From the IMG/VR virus record IMGVR_UViG_3300047462_000211: a stretch of 64,000 nt of DNA; one strand, 5' to 3'. The position numbers and the translations under genes were made by a program. Position 1 is the stretch's first letter, and each line of letters begins with the position of its first letter. This document shows positions 1 through 11,174 of the stretch, one piece after another. The notes below the pieces were generated by a model. That model worked only from the letters and a program-made list of their open reading frames with translations. It ran no database searches and was not told the DNA's origin. Origin of the DNA: a virus (Duplodnaviria; Heunggongvirae; Uroviricota; Caudoviricetes).

Positions 1-29
1 CATAAAGATATTTATTAAAAAATATAAAT

Positions 30-3000
30 TTATAACGGGAAATTAAGACTAATATAAGCAAGACCATTAGATGTGGTTTTTGCATAAGTTACTGTTGTAT
101 TTAATGATGCTCCTACCCCCATTAATGTTCTGTGACCAATATTGGCAGAGCAATTTAAATCCGAACCACCACTTGATGGTCCTGCTGTTGAATCACTTGT
201 CCAAGAATTATCAAATTGCGGAATAGTTGTTCCTAATGTTGTTTCTTGTTGCCCTAATAACATTCCAAGTTGCAAAGAATTAGATGAAGTTGAAGTGCTT
301 CCACTTCCAACATTTATAGACCCGCCATTTGGTGTTACATCGCCTTGATAGCAAACTTGGTCAAATGTAAATGTTGATGATAAGAAGTTAAGTTCATATA
401 ATCCAACAATGGCTCCGTCATTGTTTGCTGATAACGGAACATATGGACCTGTGGTATCACCAGAAACAACTTGTCGATAAAATATTCCTATGTAATCTTC
501 AGAATAAGATGTTTCTGCATTTAATTGATTCCAGCCAGTATTTGCGCCCAAGTTTATCCAAGAAGCACACAAAGCCAAAAGATAATTTCCTGGTATTGGT
601 ATATTTGGTAATGTGGCTGTTGAATCTGATGGTGATATATCAAGTGCGTATTGTATAATAGAAACATTTGGTACTGAATTTATAATTATTTCATAATTTG
701 TGTTTATATTCGTATTGGTAATTTGTGCCCATGCATAATATGTTCCTGCTGTTGAAATAGTAAATGTATCGGAATAAACCAAATTAGATGAAGATGTTGA
801 AGTATATGTTGGCGGAATAGTTGAAGATGTTGAAATCCCCATTTGCACATTTGTTACTGCGGCAGGCGTAGTGGTTGCTGTTATTGTAAATGGAACATTA
901 AGGTTAAAAATATTGTTTGTATTTGTTATAGAAATTGATGTAGGTGTTGCAGTTGAGGTAAACGGATTAAATATACAATATCCTATATTTTGATTTAAAG
1001 ATATACAATCTAACCAATAAGATAAGTACCATGTTCCTGTATATGGTGGCGGCGAAATACTTGCTGCTGTTTGTGCAATAATATAACCTTGCGAAGTTAA
1101 ATTATTACAATTTAAAAGAAAACTGTATAAACTACTAGAAGTATTGCTTGTTGCGCATAAAAATACTGTTGAATTGTCTATAACTGGTTCTAATGGTGTG
1201 CCTGTAGAATATGGATTATTTGTCCAGTAAACATTTAATAATAAATTGCTTTGTGTTATATTATAATTCGTAATTTGTGTTGATGTTGGACAAAAATAAA
1301 TAGTGCCAACGCCCGCTGGATAAGGCGGTGTAAAATTTATTCCAACAAGATTACCAGTGCCACCAGCAACAACATTTTGTTCTATGGGATAAGGATTTGT
1401 AACTATACCAGATTGATTAGTAATTGAAACAATTGGTAAATTATTTTGGTCATATTCAGATATTGTTATTTGTGTTGTTGATGCCAAAAAGTTAGATGGA
1501 TTTGATGTTTGCCAAACAACAAAATAATATGTACCTGGAACTGTGGGAGTAATAAAAACATTTGTTTGATTTTGGCTATTTTCTGGCGTTGCAAATATTA
1601 CTTGTGAAGATGAAAGAATTCCTGTTAAATCTGGTGTTGTGGAGAATTCCACTGATAAATCATTAAGTGGTGCAACGTAAGATGAAACACTATATAATTG
1701 ACATAAGTTTATTATATTTCTATTCAATGTGGATTGATTAAATGGATTATTATAAGATATATTTTCATAAGAAATATAGAAAACATTTCCTATAATTTCA
1801 GTTTGTACAAAAGCTGAAATATAACTTCCTGTGTTATAAAGTACGGTATAATCATATGCAATTATATAAGCTACGCCCGTTTCTGTTGCAAAAAAATTCA
1901 CAGCACTTGCGGTCCAATTTCCTAATGTTCCTGAATCTTGTAAACCTTCTGCTAGTAATTGATTAAAATTTGTTGGGTCATTAGAAGATGATACAGTAAC
2001 TAAAATTTGGTCATTTACGTTTGCTGTAGTTCCAGAAACCGAAATATTTGCACCTATTGTTCCTATAATTAATGTTGGATACGATGTTATAGTTATTAAT
2101 GGTTCTGTAATAACAATTTCGGTATTTGCAGTATATGTGCTATTGGAAATTTCTGCCCAAACATAATAAGTTCCAGATGTAGAAATAGATAAATTGCTTG
2201 AATAACTACCATTTATAAAATTTGGTACGAGAGTGTTATTAATAAAAGATGGAAGCATTGTAGATGATTCTGAATATCCAATAAGCACATTTGAGTTTGT
2301 TGGATAAACTGTTCCAAAAACAGAAAAATTTGTTGATTGTTGAATGCTATTAGTGTTTGTTGATATCGAAATATAAGGATTAATGATGTTTTCTTGATAT
2401 AAAGCAGACCCTTTTAATGTTATTGATATACCATAAATGCTTGAATCAGATAATGATACAGAAAAAATTAAAATATCATTTGGATGTATTGTCGTATCAA
2501 GATTTACAAAACTACCAGTAGTTTCTCCTGCTGCAAAAACCAATGAACCAAAAAATGTTCCATTTATTTTCATTGCTATGATAACTTCTGATGATGGAGC
2601 ATTTAGACATGTTGCTACACCAAAATTATTTTCTTGGAAAAAAATGGTATCTGAAAACGGAATAATAGCCAATGTTTGATTTACTGAAATATTTTGAAAA
2701 TATTGATAATTTTCATAATTATTTTTGTATGAATTTACATTTTGTATTGCATCAAAAGAAATATTAGAAGAAAAATTTCCACCTAATGTTAATTGATTTA
2801 ATGGATAAGAAGAAACTCCAGTAACAACAGTCCAATTATTTCCATTAAAGAGAAAAATATAACAACCGTAATTGATATCAATTACTACATTTTGAGATGA
2901 ATCAATTAAAGAATTATTTTGTGTTGAAATATAAATTGGATATAAACTTGCATTACCGCTTATATCTTTTACGATAAATGTTGTTCCTGATGTTGCATTT

Positions 3001-3344
3001 TGTGGTAATAATAATGAAGAAATTGACGCTATATCTACAGTAACAAACAAAGTATCTATATAGGTAATATTGTTGCCTATTATAACACCGCTTGAAGTTA
3101 TATTTTGTGTATAAAATCCATTAGATGACGATGATGATATCGCATCCCAAACATTAGAATTATATATATAAACTTCTGCTTCTGATTTGTTTATGTATAT
3201 ATCACCAGTTTTTGGTGATGGTACAATTGTTAGGTTATTTGGATTATTATTGCCTTGATGAAAGGTTATTCCGTTTTCTCCAATTTGGAAATAATTAGAG
3301 TATGTTCCATCGTTGTTTATTTTTGTTGTTGATATTTCTGTCAT
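30..3344 (-). CDS. Giant N/S/T-rich fibre-like structural protein (1104 aa) with repeated Ig-like/beta-sandwich modules
   Basis: Single long ORF. Asn/Ser/Thr-rich beta-type composition. Module signature G(T/A)YY(V/A)WA(E/Q)I occurs at least twice. N-terminus MTEISTTKIN..GTYSNYFQ.GENG is shared with the 3353..6157 paralog. Short internal opposite-strand ORFs are spurious. Confidence 0.7.
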   Translation of the reverse strand: MTEISTTKINNDGTYSNYFQIGENGITFHQGNNNPNNLTIVPSPKTGDIYINKSEAEVYIYNSNVWDAISSSSSNGFYTQNITSSGVIIGNNITYIDTLFVTVDIASISSLLLPQNATSGTTFIVKDISGNASLYPIYISTQNNSLIDSSQNVVIDINYGCYIFLFNGNNWTVVTGVSSYPLNQLTLGGNFSSNISFDAIQNVNSYKNNYENYQYFQNISVNQTLAIIPFSDTIFFQENNFGVATCLNAPSSEVIIAMKINGTFFGSLVFAAGETTGSFVNLDTTIHPNDILIFSVSLSDSSIYGISITLKGSALYQENIINPYISISTNTNSIQQSTNFSVFGTVYPTNSNVLIGYSESSTMLPSFINNTLVPNFINGSYSSNLSISTSGTYYVWAEISNSTYTANTEIVITEPLITITSYPTLIIGTIGANISVSGTTANVNDQILVTVSSSNDPTNFNQLLAEGLQDSGTLGNWTASAVNFFATETGVAYIIAYDYTVLYNTGSYISAFVQTEIIGNVFYISYENISYNNPFNQSTLNRNIINLCQLYSVSSYVAPLNDLSVEFSTTPDLTGILSSSQVIFATPENSQNQTNVFITPTVPGTYYFVVWQTSNPSNFLASTTQITISEYDQNNLPIVSITNQSGIVTNPYPIEQNVVAGGTGNLVGINFTPPYPAGVGTIYFCPTSTQITNYNITQSNLLLNVYWTNNPYSTGTPLEPVIDNSTVFLCATSNTSSSLYSFLLNCNNLTSQGYIIAQTAASISPPPYTGTWYLSYWLDCISLNQNIGYCIFNPFTSTATPTSISITNTNNIFNLNVPFTITATTTPAAVTNVQMGISTSSTIPPTYTSTSSSNLVYSDTFTISTAGTYYAWAQITNTNINTNYEIIINSVPNVSIIQYALDISPSDSTATLPNIPIPGNYLLALCASWINLGANTGWNQLNAETSYSEDYIGIFYRQVVSGDTTGPYVPLSANNDGAIVGLYELNFLSSTFTFDQVCYQGDVTPNGGSINVGSGSTSTSSNSLQLGMLLGQQETTLGTTIPQFDNSWTSDSTAGPSSGGSDLNCSANIGHRTLMGVGASLNTTVTYAKTTSNGLAYISLNFPL

Positions 3345-3358
3345 ATTAATATTTATAT
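3316..3358 (-). repeat. 43-nt block identical to 6129..6171, covering the start codon, first 9 codons and 14 nt of upstream sequence (ATATAAATATTAAT-ATG) of two paralogous giant genes
   Basis: Direct comparison of the two regions: tttatttttgttgttgatatttctgtcatattaatatttatat is present in both. TATAAATA lies 5 nt upstream of the ATG on the coding strand. Confidence 0.85.
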
Positions 3359-6157
3359 GAATGAAATTGGGTCAAGAACAAACGTATTTCCCAAACTATC
3401 AGTTATTGTTGTTGATATTTGACATGGATTTTCTGCATAATTACCTATGCCACCGTTTATTATATAAACCAAAGAATTATTATTATAAACAAAATCAAAC
3501 GTATCAACGTAAGTAATAAAATTATTTAATGTTCCAGAAGTTCCCGATGAATCATAAGTTTGTCCATTAAGAGCCGTTAGATTGTTTGTTACGCAACTGG
3601 CATATGCAGAAAAATTTGTAGGAACGTTATTATAAAACACACAAAAAGTATATGGACTTAATTCAGCGGCATTATCTAAATAGGCATAAGTTGTTGTTGT
3701 ATTACCATTAAAATTAGAATTTGATGCACAATATTGTGTAGTTCCATACACAGAAAATACAGATGATGAACTGTTTTGATCTAATATATATGCAGTAATA
3801 TTTGAGGGAACGGAAGAAAACCCCCATAAAGGAACACCAATTGGTCCGCGAGTATTTGGTGTTGTTGTAACATTTGTTGTTTCAATAGATGAAGAAACTA
3901 TATAATTGTTTGGGTAATTGCTGTATCTGACTATAGCGGAAATATTTTGACCATTAGAAAACCCAGTCGTTGGAATATAGTAGCCTAGCTTTACGTTATT
4001 TCCATAAGTTACTGTGTCTGAAACAGTCATCCAATTTGAAACACCGCTTGGCAAACCGTTATTTGACAATCCAATTTCTAATGGTTGGTTTGTGGTTCCT
4101 GTTCCAGAACTTGTTGTAACTACGTTTATTAATTTTGCATAGTTTATCGCTGGTGTTGGTGAATCGATTGAAACTAAAGTAGGTAATCCAGCTTCTTCAA
4201 TAAATGTGATTTCTCCAAGAATAGAAATGTTTCCAAATGTGTCTGTAAAAGTGGTATTTGATAATTCACCATAATTGTAAGAATTTGTTGGTGGCGGACC
4301 ATTTTGTATTCCAGTGAATGTATATTGAATATAATTTCCTTCTTGAACACTATAGTTAACATTAAAATTTTGTGCAGAAAAATTAACTACATATGTACCA
4401 TCATTACCATTTGAATTTGTTATAACTGTATTAGATGTAAATGTTTCTGTTGAAAGCCCTGTAATATATTGTGGAGTTGAGAAATTACCCCCATATGCAT
4501 TACTATATGCATATTGAGATGTTCCACATAATTGAGTTAAATATAATGGAATTTGGTTTTGAGTAAATTGTAATAAAGATGTTCCTACTGGGCTTTGGTA
4601 AGTATCATCTGGTATTGTTGTCGTAACAACAACATTTGCAGAAACTCCATAATTAGTTGGATGATTTTTGTATCTTACAACTGTACAAATATTTTCTCCA
4701 ACCGAAAAATTATTTGGTGGAATTATAAACGGTTGAACAGTAACATCATACCAAGTGACAACACCAGATGGTAAATTATTGTTAGATATTCCAGCTTCAA
4801 ATTGTTCTGTAGTGGTTCCATTTAAAGTAAAAACACTTTCTGATGCATATCCATAGCTTCCTAATCCCGCAATAGGAGGATTTATAGAAACAAAACTTGG
4901 TAAAATTACATTTGGTATTACTTCTAAAATCGTATAATTATTTGTTCCATACATTTCTGCCCAAACAAAATATGTTCCAAGCACATTTGGAAATGTTAAA
5001 GTTCCGTTCCAAAAACCATTAGAATTTGGTGTAATTAAAACAGGATTTTCTGGTGGAATTGTATTTGACATTGAATATCCAAAATTAATATTTTTATTAT
5101 TCGGATAAACATTTCCTTCAAAAACAAATGGAGTTTCTGCAATAATTGGTTCTAAAGTATTTACTATTTTTATATAAGGTTCAATAGTATTTGTTATTGG
5201 TGTTGTATAACCACATAATGTAAAAAATATATTTGAAATTGTTGAATCGCTTAAAGAAACGGTAAAGGTTAAATTATCTCCAGGAATTAAATTTATGATA
5301 TTATTCGAAGAAAATACGCCAAAGGTAGATGAATAAAAACAAAGACTTCCAACAAATGTTCCATTTTGTGTAATGTTTATTGTAACATTATTGCTTGGTG
5401 CTGTTATACAATGTGCAATACTTCCTGTAAAATTAATTGGAATATAAACATAATCTTTGATTGTAATAATAGAAATAATTTGATTAGTTGATATTGTTGA
5501 AATTAATGGACTGTTGTATTCAAAAGAATTTATTGTTGATAATTCAGTTGACGCTCCTTGTGGGGTATATGCTGCTGAAAAATTACCACCAAGTTTTAAT
5601 TGGTTTAAAGGATAAGATGAAATTGCAGAAATAATATTCCATGAATTATTATAAAATAAAAAAGTATAACTTCCATAATTTATATCAATATTTATTGCTG
5701 ATTGATTATCTATAAGTATTCCATTTTGGGAATTTATAGTTATGGGATATGTGCCCGATATTCCAAGTTCATCTTTTAGAATAATAATTGTTCCTGGTGA
5801 TGATGATGCTGGCATATATAAATTACAATCAGAATTTATATTGATAGCACAATAAAGAATTCCTCCATCAAAACTTATATCATTGCCTATTTGGAAATTG
5901 TTTTGTGTAATATTTTGATAAAAAAATAAATTTGAATTAGATGAAGATTGCCCAATAGGAGACCAAGTATTATCATATATGTAAACTATTGACAAAGATG
6001 TGCACAGATACATGTCTCCGTTTTGTGGTAAAGGATTTAGAGAAGCATTATTTGGATTTGATGTTCCTTGATATATTTTAAATCCGTTTTCACCAAGTTG
6101 AAAATAATTTGAATAACTGCCGTTTGCATTTATTTTTGTTGTTGATATTTCTGTCAT
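3353..6157 (-). CDS. Giant N/S/T-rich fibre-like structural protein (934 aa), paralog of 30..3344
   Basis: Identical first 9 codons and near-identical N-terminal ~60 aa to 30..3344. GTYFVWAEM module motif. Confidence 0.7.
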   Translation of the reverse strand: MTEISTTKINANGSYSNYFQLGENGFKIYQGTSNPNNASLNPLPQNGDMYLCTSLSIVYIYDNTWSPIGQSSSNSNLFFYQNITQNNFQIGNDISFDGGILYCAININSDCNLYMPASSSPGTIIILKDELGISGTYPITINSQNGILIDNQSAINIDINYGSYTFLFYNNSWNIISAISSYPLNQLKLGGNFSAAYTPQGASTELSTINSFEYNSPLISTISTNQIISIITIKDYVYIPINFTGSIAHCITAPSNNVTINITQNGTFVGSLCFYSSTFGVFSSNNIINLIPGDNLTFTVSLSDSTISNIFFTLCGYTTPITNTIEPYIKIVNTLEPIIAETPFVFEGNVYPNNKNINFGYSMSNTIPPENPVLITPNSNGFWNGTLTFPNVLGTYFVWAEMYGTNNYTILEVIPNVILPSFVSINPPIAGLGSYGYASESVFTLNGTTTEQFEAGISNNNLPSGVVTWYDVTVQPFIIPPNNFSVGENICTVVRYKNHPTNYGVSANVVVTTTIPDDTYQSPVGTSLLQFTQNQIPLYLTQLCGTSQYAYSNAYGGNFSTPQYITGLSTETFTSNTVITNSNGNDGTYVVNFSAQNFNVNYSVQEGNYIQYTFTGIQNGPPPTNSYNYGELSNTTFTDTFGNISILGEITFIEEAGLPTLVSIDSPTPAINYAKLINVVTTSSGTGTTNQPLEIGLSNNGLPSGVSNWMTVSDTVTYGNNVKLGYYIPTTGFSNGQNISAIVRYSNYPNNYIVSSSIETTNVTTTPNTRGPIGVPLWGFSSVPSNITAYILDQNSSSSVFSVYGTTQYCASNSNFNGNTTTTYAYLDNAAELSPYTFCVFYNNVPTNFSAYASCVTNNLTALNGQTYDSSGTSGTLNNFITYVDTFDFVYNNNSLVYIINGGIGNYAENPCQISTTITDSLGNTFVLDPISFI

Positions 6158-6171
6158 ATTAATATTTATAT
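6129..6171 (-). repeat. Second copy of the 43-nt start-region block (see 3316..3358)
   Basis: Identical sequence to 3316..3358. Confidence 0.85.
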
Positions 6172-6193
6172 TTGATTTTTTTAAAACAAATTA

Positions 6194-8002
6194 TTAATAA
6201 ACTGTATATGGTTCAAGAAGAATTGTATTTCCTTGATTGTCAAAATATGTCACAATTACTTGTCCATTATCTGGAACTCCGCCTGTTGAGCCACCTGTTG
6301 AAACAGGTAAAAATATAGATGATTGCGATGCTTGAATAATATATTGCGGATTGAGTGGATTAAATTGAGAAATAATTCCAGGAATTAATGTTGTATATGT
6401 ATTATCTAATGAAACGCTATATGTTCCAGCAATAGTTAAAGTACCAGTTGTTGAAATAAAACTTGGTAATGCAAAACTCGCTGCTGCTTGATATGATGAA
6501 AAGAAATTTTCATTTATTTGAGATGATACCCCATAATAAATTAATTGAAGATTATTTATTGAGTTTGATGATGATATATTTATGGAAACTGGGGTAATCT
6601 CTCCAAATGGTCCAACTGTTGTTCCACCAGTTATATATGAGCCACTTACAGTTCCATTATAAGTTATTGAATTTGTAACAGTAAACGTTGCAACAACTAT
6701 TGCTGTATTTGGGTAACCAGTATATTCTGCATATAAATAATAGTTTCTTGGGGAAAAAAATGGTAATGGTAACGTGAATTGCGAATAAACATCAATTTCG
6801 TAATAATTACCAAAAAAATATGCATTGTATGGATAAGATGCCGGTATCCAATTGCTTACCGATGATGGTGAGTTATTTGTTCCTGAATATCCAATTTGTA
6901 TTGGGTCTGTATATTCGCTGGCATTTACAACATAAATTGCTTCGTAACCTGGATAAAATTGGATTGGACCATTTGAATTGTTAGCAAAATAACCTGAATT
7001 GGTTATTGTTCCAACACTAAAACTTGCATCAACAATAATGGAAATTTGTGATACTGTCGTTATACTGGTATTATTTGTTTGTTCCGCCCAAATATAAAAT
7101 GTTCCAACAGAAGATAATGTTAAATTAGCAGTCCAATTGTTCCCTGTAACATTGGCAGCAACAAATCCAGATGTTGGGGCTATGTTATTGCTTGGACTTG
7201 TTGCAATTTGAACTGGTTGCCCAGATGGAATTACTTCTCCACTTACAATTATGGAAGAATCTTGTATAACTGATGTTGCATTTGAACCGTTTTGTGTAAT
7301 TGAAATAATTGATACGGTGTAGGGAAGAATAAAAAATGGACTGATTTTATATATATCTGGATTTGATTCAAAAACAACCCAAATATAAAATTCATTATCT
7401 AACAAATATGTTTGTTGAGTATTAATGCTTGCTGACCAAGTATTTCCAGTTGTTGTGCAATTATAAAATGTGGCGGGATTATTTTCAAATGTTGGCGCAA
7501 CATTTGAATCTGATATTGCATATTGTAAATTTGTATTTTCAGGATAAACTTTGCCAGAAATTGTTGTTGAAAACGTAGAGTAATATTGAGATTGGTTTAA
7601 TGTAAAAGTTGATGAAAAAAATGCACCAGTGCCAGTTTCGATTGTTATAGGTGCAATATATTCATCACCATTTAAAATAAACGATAAACCCTCAATATTA
7701 GAATTAGCTGAAGATGAAAAAATTAATACATCATTTGTATTGACAAATGTTAAAGGGGTTTCAAAAGAACCATAATTATTTCCAGGAACAAAAGTAACAG
7801 TTCCTATATTTTCATTATTTAATAATATGTTTACAATAAAAATAGAACTTGGTGGTGTTGCACAATAAGCAACGCTATTTTCAAAATTTACAGGAAAAAT
7901 AATTGGATTTATAAAAACTGTTGCGTTAATTACTGTGTTATATTGAACACTTCTTAAATAAGAAAATTGTGTTCTATATGCAAATGTTCCTGAATTTATC
8001 AT
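6194..8002 (-). CDS. N/S/T-rich fibre-like structural protein (602 aa)
   Basis: Long ORF with the same composition. Module motifs GTFYIWAEQ and FYIWVVFE. Start overlaps the stop of the upstream gene (translational coupling). Confidence 0.65.
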   Translation of the reverse strand: MINSGTFAYRTQFSYLRSVQYNTVINATVFINPIIFPVNFENSVAYCATPPSSIFIVNILLNNENIGTVTFVPGNNYGSFETPLTFVNTNDVLIFSSSANSNIEGLSFILNGDEYIAPITIETGTGAFFSSTFTLNQSQYYSTFSTTISGKVYPENTNLQYAISDSNVAPTFENNPATFYNCTTTGNTWSASINTQQTYLLDNEFYIWVVFESNPDIYKISPFFILPYTVSIISITQNGSNATSVIQDSSIIVSGEVIPSGQPVQIATSPSNNIAPTSGFVAANVTGNNWTANLTLSSVGTFYIWAEQTNNTSITTVSQISIIVDASFSVGTITNSGYFANNSNGPIQFYPGYEAIYVVNASEYTDPIQIGYSGTNNSPSSVSNWIPASYPYNAYFFGNYYEIDVYSQFTLPLPFFSPRNYYLYAEYTGYPNTAIVVATFTVTNSITYNGTVSGSYITGGTTVGPFGEITPVSINISSSNSINNLQLIYYGVSSQINENFFSSYQAAASFALPSFISTTGTLTIAGTYSVSLDNTYTTLIPGIISQFNPLNPQYIIQASQSSIFLPVSTGGSTGGVPDNGQVIVTYFDNQGNTILLEPYTVY

Positions 8003-11000
8003 TATATTACTGTAATTGAATTATTAGAAACAACTACTCCCAATAAAACATTATTTATGTCATAAACTGCTAATTTAAAATAATATGTTCCTGGATTATT
8101 TTCAAAAATAAGAATTTGATGATAAGGAGAGAATTGAGTATATGCTTCTTGCTGACCATAACCAGCACTAAACGATAAAGAATAATAGTCCAAAATAAAT
8201 GGGAAACCGCTATCAACTGATAATCCAACAGCGGTTATAGAATTTTGTGAAATTATATTTTGTTGAATTTGTTGTGAAAATGATGGTGGTTCATTGTTTG
8301 GGTCATATGGTTGTAAAGTTGTTGGATTAGTTGGCAAAACTTCGGTATTATTTGTATCTATATACAAAACAGCGCTGCCTACATTTGATACTCCATCAAA
8401 ATAAATTGTTGCATTTGATGCTATAGAAATTGTATTTCCAATACCATACCCATTTACACTATTGTTGTTTACAAAAATTCCACCAAAAGATGGAACAAAG
8501 CTTGCATTATTTAAACCACCATTGCCAGAATTTTGTATTACATTCATCCCTATATATTGATAAGTCAATAAATTTGTTTGACTTGCATATAATGAAATTG
8601 TTGGTAAACTTTGTTGAGTATTATTTAATGAAGTGGAAATATATCCGTTTAATGCTTGTATAACAACACCAGTATTTGTATTCTTCATCCAAAGAAAATA
8701 TGCACCATCTTCTGGTAATGTAACTAATGCATAAAATCCATAAAAAATCATTTGTTCAGTTGCATTATAACTATCATTTAAAATATCTGCTGTTGAATTT
8801 ATGAAATTATTGGTGGGTATCCATCCAGATGTTGGTTGGATATTTGTTGTTGTAAAAGCAATTTCAATAGCATCATTTGGAATTGTTGAGGTATCTACTA
8901 AATATGTATTTGAACTGTTTGTTGTATTATTGTTATAAACAAAACCATAATTTCCACAAACGCCATTTACTAAAAATGGAACATTTGTATTTACATAATT
9001 TTTTGCATTATTTTTAATAAATTGTGATTCGGGGTTTGATATAAGATTATTTTGATAATATGGAATATACGCAGAATTATACATAATTGCATCTGATGAA
9101 ACAATAAATGGTGTGGAATTAATGCTGCTACCGTCAGATAACCAAACAGAAATATAAAAAGTGCCATAAGTTACTGGAACATAAATTTGACTATTTTGAT
9201 CTATTACGGAATATGAATAAGAAGAACCAATAATGTTGTTAGTAGAAGAATTAAAATATCTTTCTAAATTACTTACTGAACACGCGCTACTATAAATTAA
9301 ATCTAAATCACCTGATTGCGGTTCTGATGTTACGTCTTGTGTTGTAATATACAAATTACCAGTTATTCCACTAGGTATTGGTGTGTTAGAAAATAATGTG
9401 AAATTTATATTAGGAAAAATTTGTTGTGGTGGATAAAACCCATTAAAATTTGAATTTGCAACATTATAAACTGGCATGCTTGATGCAAGACCAAAAGAAA
9501 AAGACGTAGAATTTTGTCTTGCGATTTGTATTACTGAATTGGAATCTGATATTATATAAGGACCAATACTTGAATAACATCCAGTAACCACATCTTTTGC
9601 AAAAATGTAAAATTCACCAGCACTTTGTGGAATTATTGGAACAACCCAATTTGCGCCATGTAAAGAACCAGTTGTAAAAGAAATAACATCATTAATATTA
9701 TTAGTTGGAGAAAACCCAACCATAACATTATTGCCGTAATTAGTTAGTCCATAGACAAAAGAAGTAATACCAACTTGTCCAATCATCCAAGGCACATCAG
9801 AATAAAAAGACAAAATATCAAATGGTGCCAATTCATTAATCAAATTAATTTCATTTGAAATTCCTATAATACTGATGTTGTTTTTGTTTCTTGCATACAA
9901 ATAATAATTCGCTAAAAAATAATTGAAAGCGTGATTAGAATATGTAGTTCCAGTCAACATCGAATAATTACCCAAAGAATAAAATAATGGATTCGTTGGA
10001 CCATATGAACCAGAAAACGTATCACTTGAAACTGTTGCATTTTGCCATACCGTTGGTAAAACATTACTGGCATCAGATATTCCAAATTCAACTTGTGTAA
10101 TATCGATTGTTTGTGCACCAGAAAATTCAATATAATCTGGAATTGTTGTTTCAGAAACAATATTAAAATATACATAATCTAAAGGCGTAATGGGAGAAAT
10201 TGCAGTTGGAATATTAGCTAAAATCGTTCCCCCAGTAGTAATAAAATCATCATATAAAACAATATATGCAGTTTGTGCAAAAGTCCCTGAAGGTTGGTAT
10301 GGAACAGGAATCGGAACCTCAATAGTGGTAAAAAAACTTCCAGAGGGAAGAACATTTACAAATTGCGAAACTTCTGCTTCATATCCGTCAACTGTAACAA
10401 AACTATCACCAAATTTAGGAACACCAAAATTATTTGAATTTAAACTTAACGTTATCAATGTTTGTTGATTAACATTAGCACTCGTTCCAGAAACAGAAAT
10501 GGTTTGATTTGGTGAAATATATTGTGGAGTATTTAATGCACCAACAGATGTTGTTCCAAGACTTACTAATCCACCAGATAATTTCATTTCATTCATTGGA
10601 AAAGAAGTCAAAGACGAAACAACAACCCATTTAACACCAGTATATAAAATCTTTAAAACACCATACGGAATGTCAATTGTAAAAATATCAGAATTTATTG
10701 TGTTACTTATTCTTATTGGATATAAAGTTGATGCCGTTCCAGATAAATCTTTAACAAAAATATTTGTTCCAGCAGAAGGATTCGATGGCAAAATTAACGC
10801 GCTTGTACAATATGGAGCAGTAACAAAAACCGAAAGATAATTTTGATACGTTACACCAGAACCTATAGTTGCGGTTACCGTAGTTCCATATGTACCTGTA
10901 ATAAATTGTGTTGCATATAAAACATTTACAATTGAACCAGTAGATTCAGTAATTTCAACCCACACAGAGTTTTCTTTTACAAATAATACTCCCAAAGTTG

Positions 11001-11139
11001 TGGAAATATAAACATCACCAGATACACCTATTGAATTGTTTGGTGTTCCAGAACCTTGATAAATCGTGGCTCCATTACCTAATTGAAATGATTGAGAGTA
11101 AGTGCCAGTCGCGTTAATGAAATTATTTGTAGATACCAT
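8002..11139 (-). CDS. Giant N/S/T-rich fibre-like structural protein (1045 aa), related N-terminus to 30..3344
   Basis: N-terminus MVSTNNFINATGTYSQSFQLGNGATIYQGSGTPNN resembles the MTEISTTKIN family. Module motifs GEFYIFAKD, GAYFLWMKN, GTFYISVWL. CATAAATA lies just upstream of the ATG. Confidence 0.7.
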   Translation of the reverse strand: MVSTNNFINATGTYSQSFQLGNGATIYQGSGTPNNSIGVSGDVYISTTLGVLFVKENSVWVEITESTGSIVNVLYATQFITGTYGTTVTATIGSGVTYQNYLSVFVTAPYCTSALILPSNPSAGTNIFVKDLSGTASTLYPIRISNTINSDIFTIDIPYGVLKILYTGVKWVVVSSLTSFPMNEMKLSGGLVSLGTTSVGALNTPQYISPNQTISVSGTSANVNQQTLITLSLNSNNFGVPKFGDSFVTVDGYEAEVSQFVNVLPSGSFFTTIEVPIPVPYQPSGTFAQTAYIVLYDDFITTGGTILANIPTAISPITPLDYVYFNIVSETTIPDYIEFSGAQTIDITQVEFGISDASNVLPTVWQNATVSSDTFSGSYGPTNPLFYSLGNYSMLTGTTYSNHAFNYFLANYYLYARNKNNISIIGISNEINLINELAPFDILSFYSDVPWMIGQVGITSFVYGLTNYGNNVMVGFSPTNNINDVISFTTGSLHGANWVVPIIPQSAGEFYIFAKDVVTGCYSSIGPYIISDSNSVIQIARQNSTSFSFGLASSMPVYNVANSNFNGFYPPQQIFPNINFTLFSNTPIPSGITGNLYITTQDVTSEPQSGDLDLIYSSACSVSNLERYFNSSTNNIIGSSYSYSVIDQNSQIYVPVTYGTFYISVWLSDGSSINSTPFIVSSDAIMYNSAYIPYYQNNLISNPESQFIKNNAKNYVNTNVPFLVNGVCGNYGFVYNNNTTNSSNTYLVDTSTIPNDAIEIAFTTTNIQPTSGWIPTNNFINSTADILNDSYNATEQMIFYGFYALVTLPEDGAYFLWMKNTNTGVVIQALNGYISTSLNNTQQSLPTISLYASQTNLLTYQYIGMNVIQNSGNGGLNNASFVPSFGGIFVNNNSVNGYGIGNTISIASNATIYFDGVSNVGSAVLYIDTNNTEVLPTNPTTLQPYDPNNEPPSFSQQIQQNIISQNSITAVGLSVDSGFPFILDYYSLSFSAGYGQQEAYTQFSPYHQILIFENNPGTYYFKLAVYDINNVLLGVVVSNNSITVI

Positions 11140-11174
11140 GCAGATATTTATGTTTAATTAATTTAAAAATTTAC

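Noticed and set aside
142-10468. Short ORFs inside the giant genes (142..348, 425..658, 2437..2679, 4174..4362, 8430..8663, 9954..10175, 10190..10468)
   Set aside because: They are embedded in or antisense to the long, clearly coding giant ORFs, with low-complexity translations, and so are spurious.
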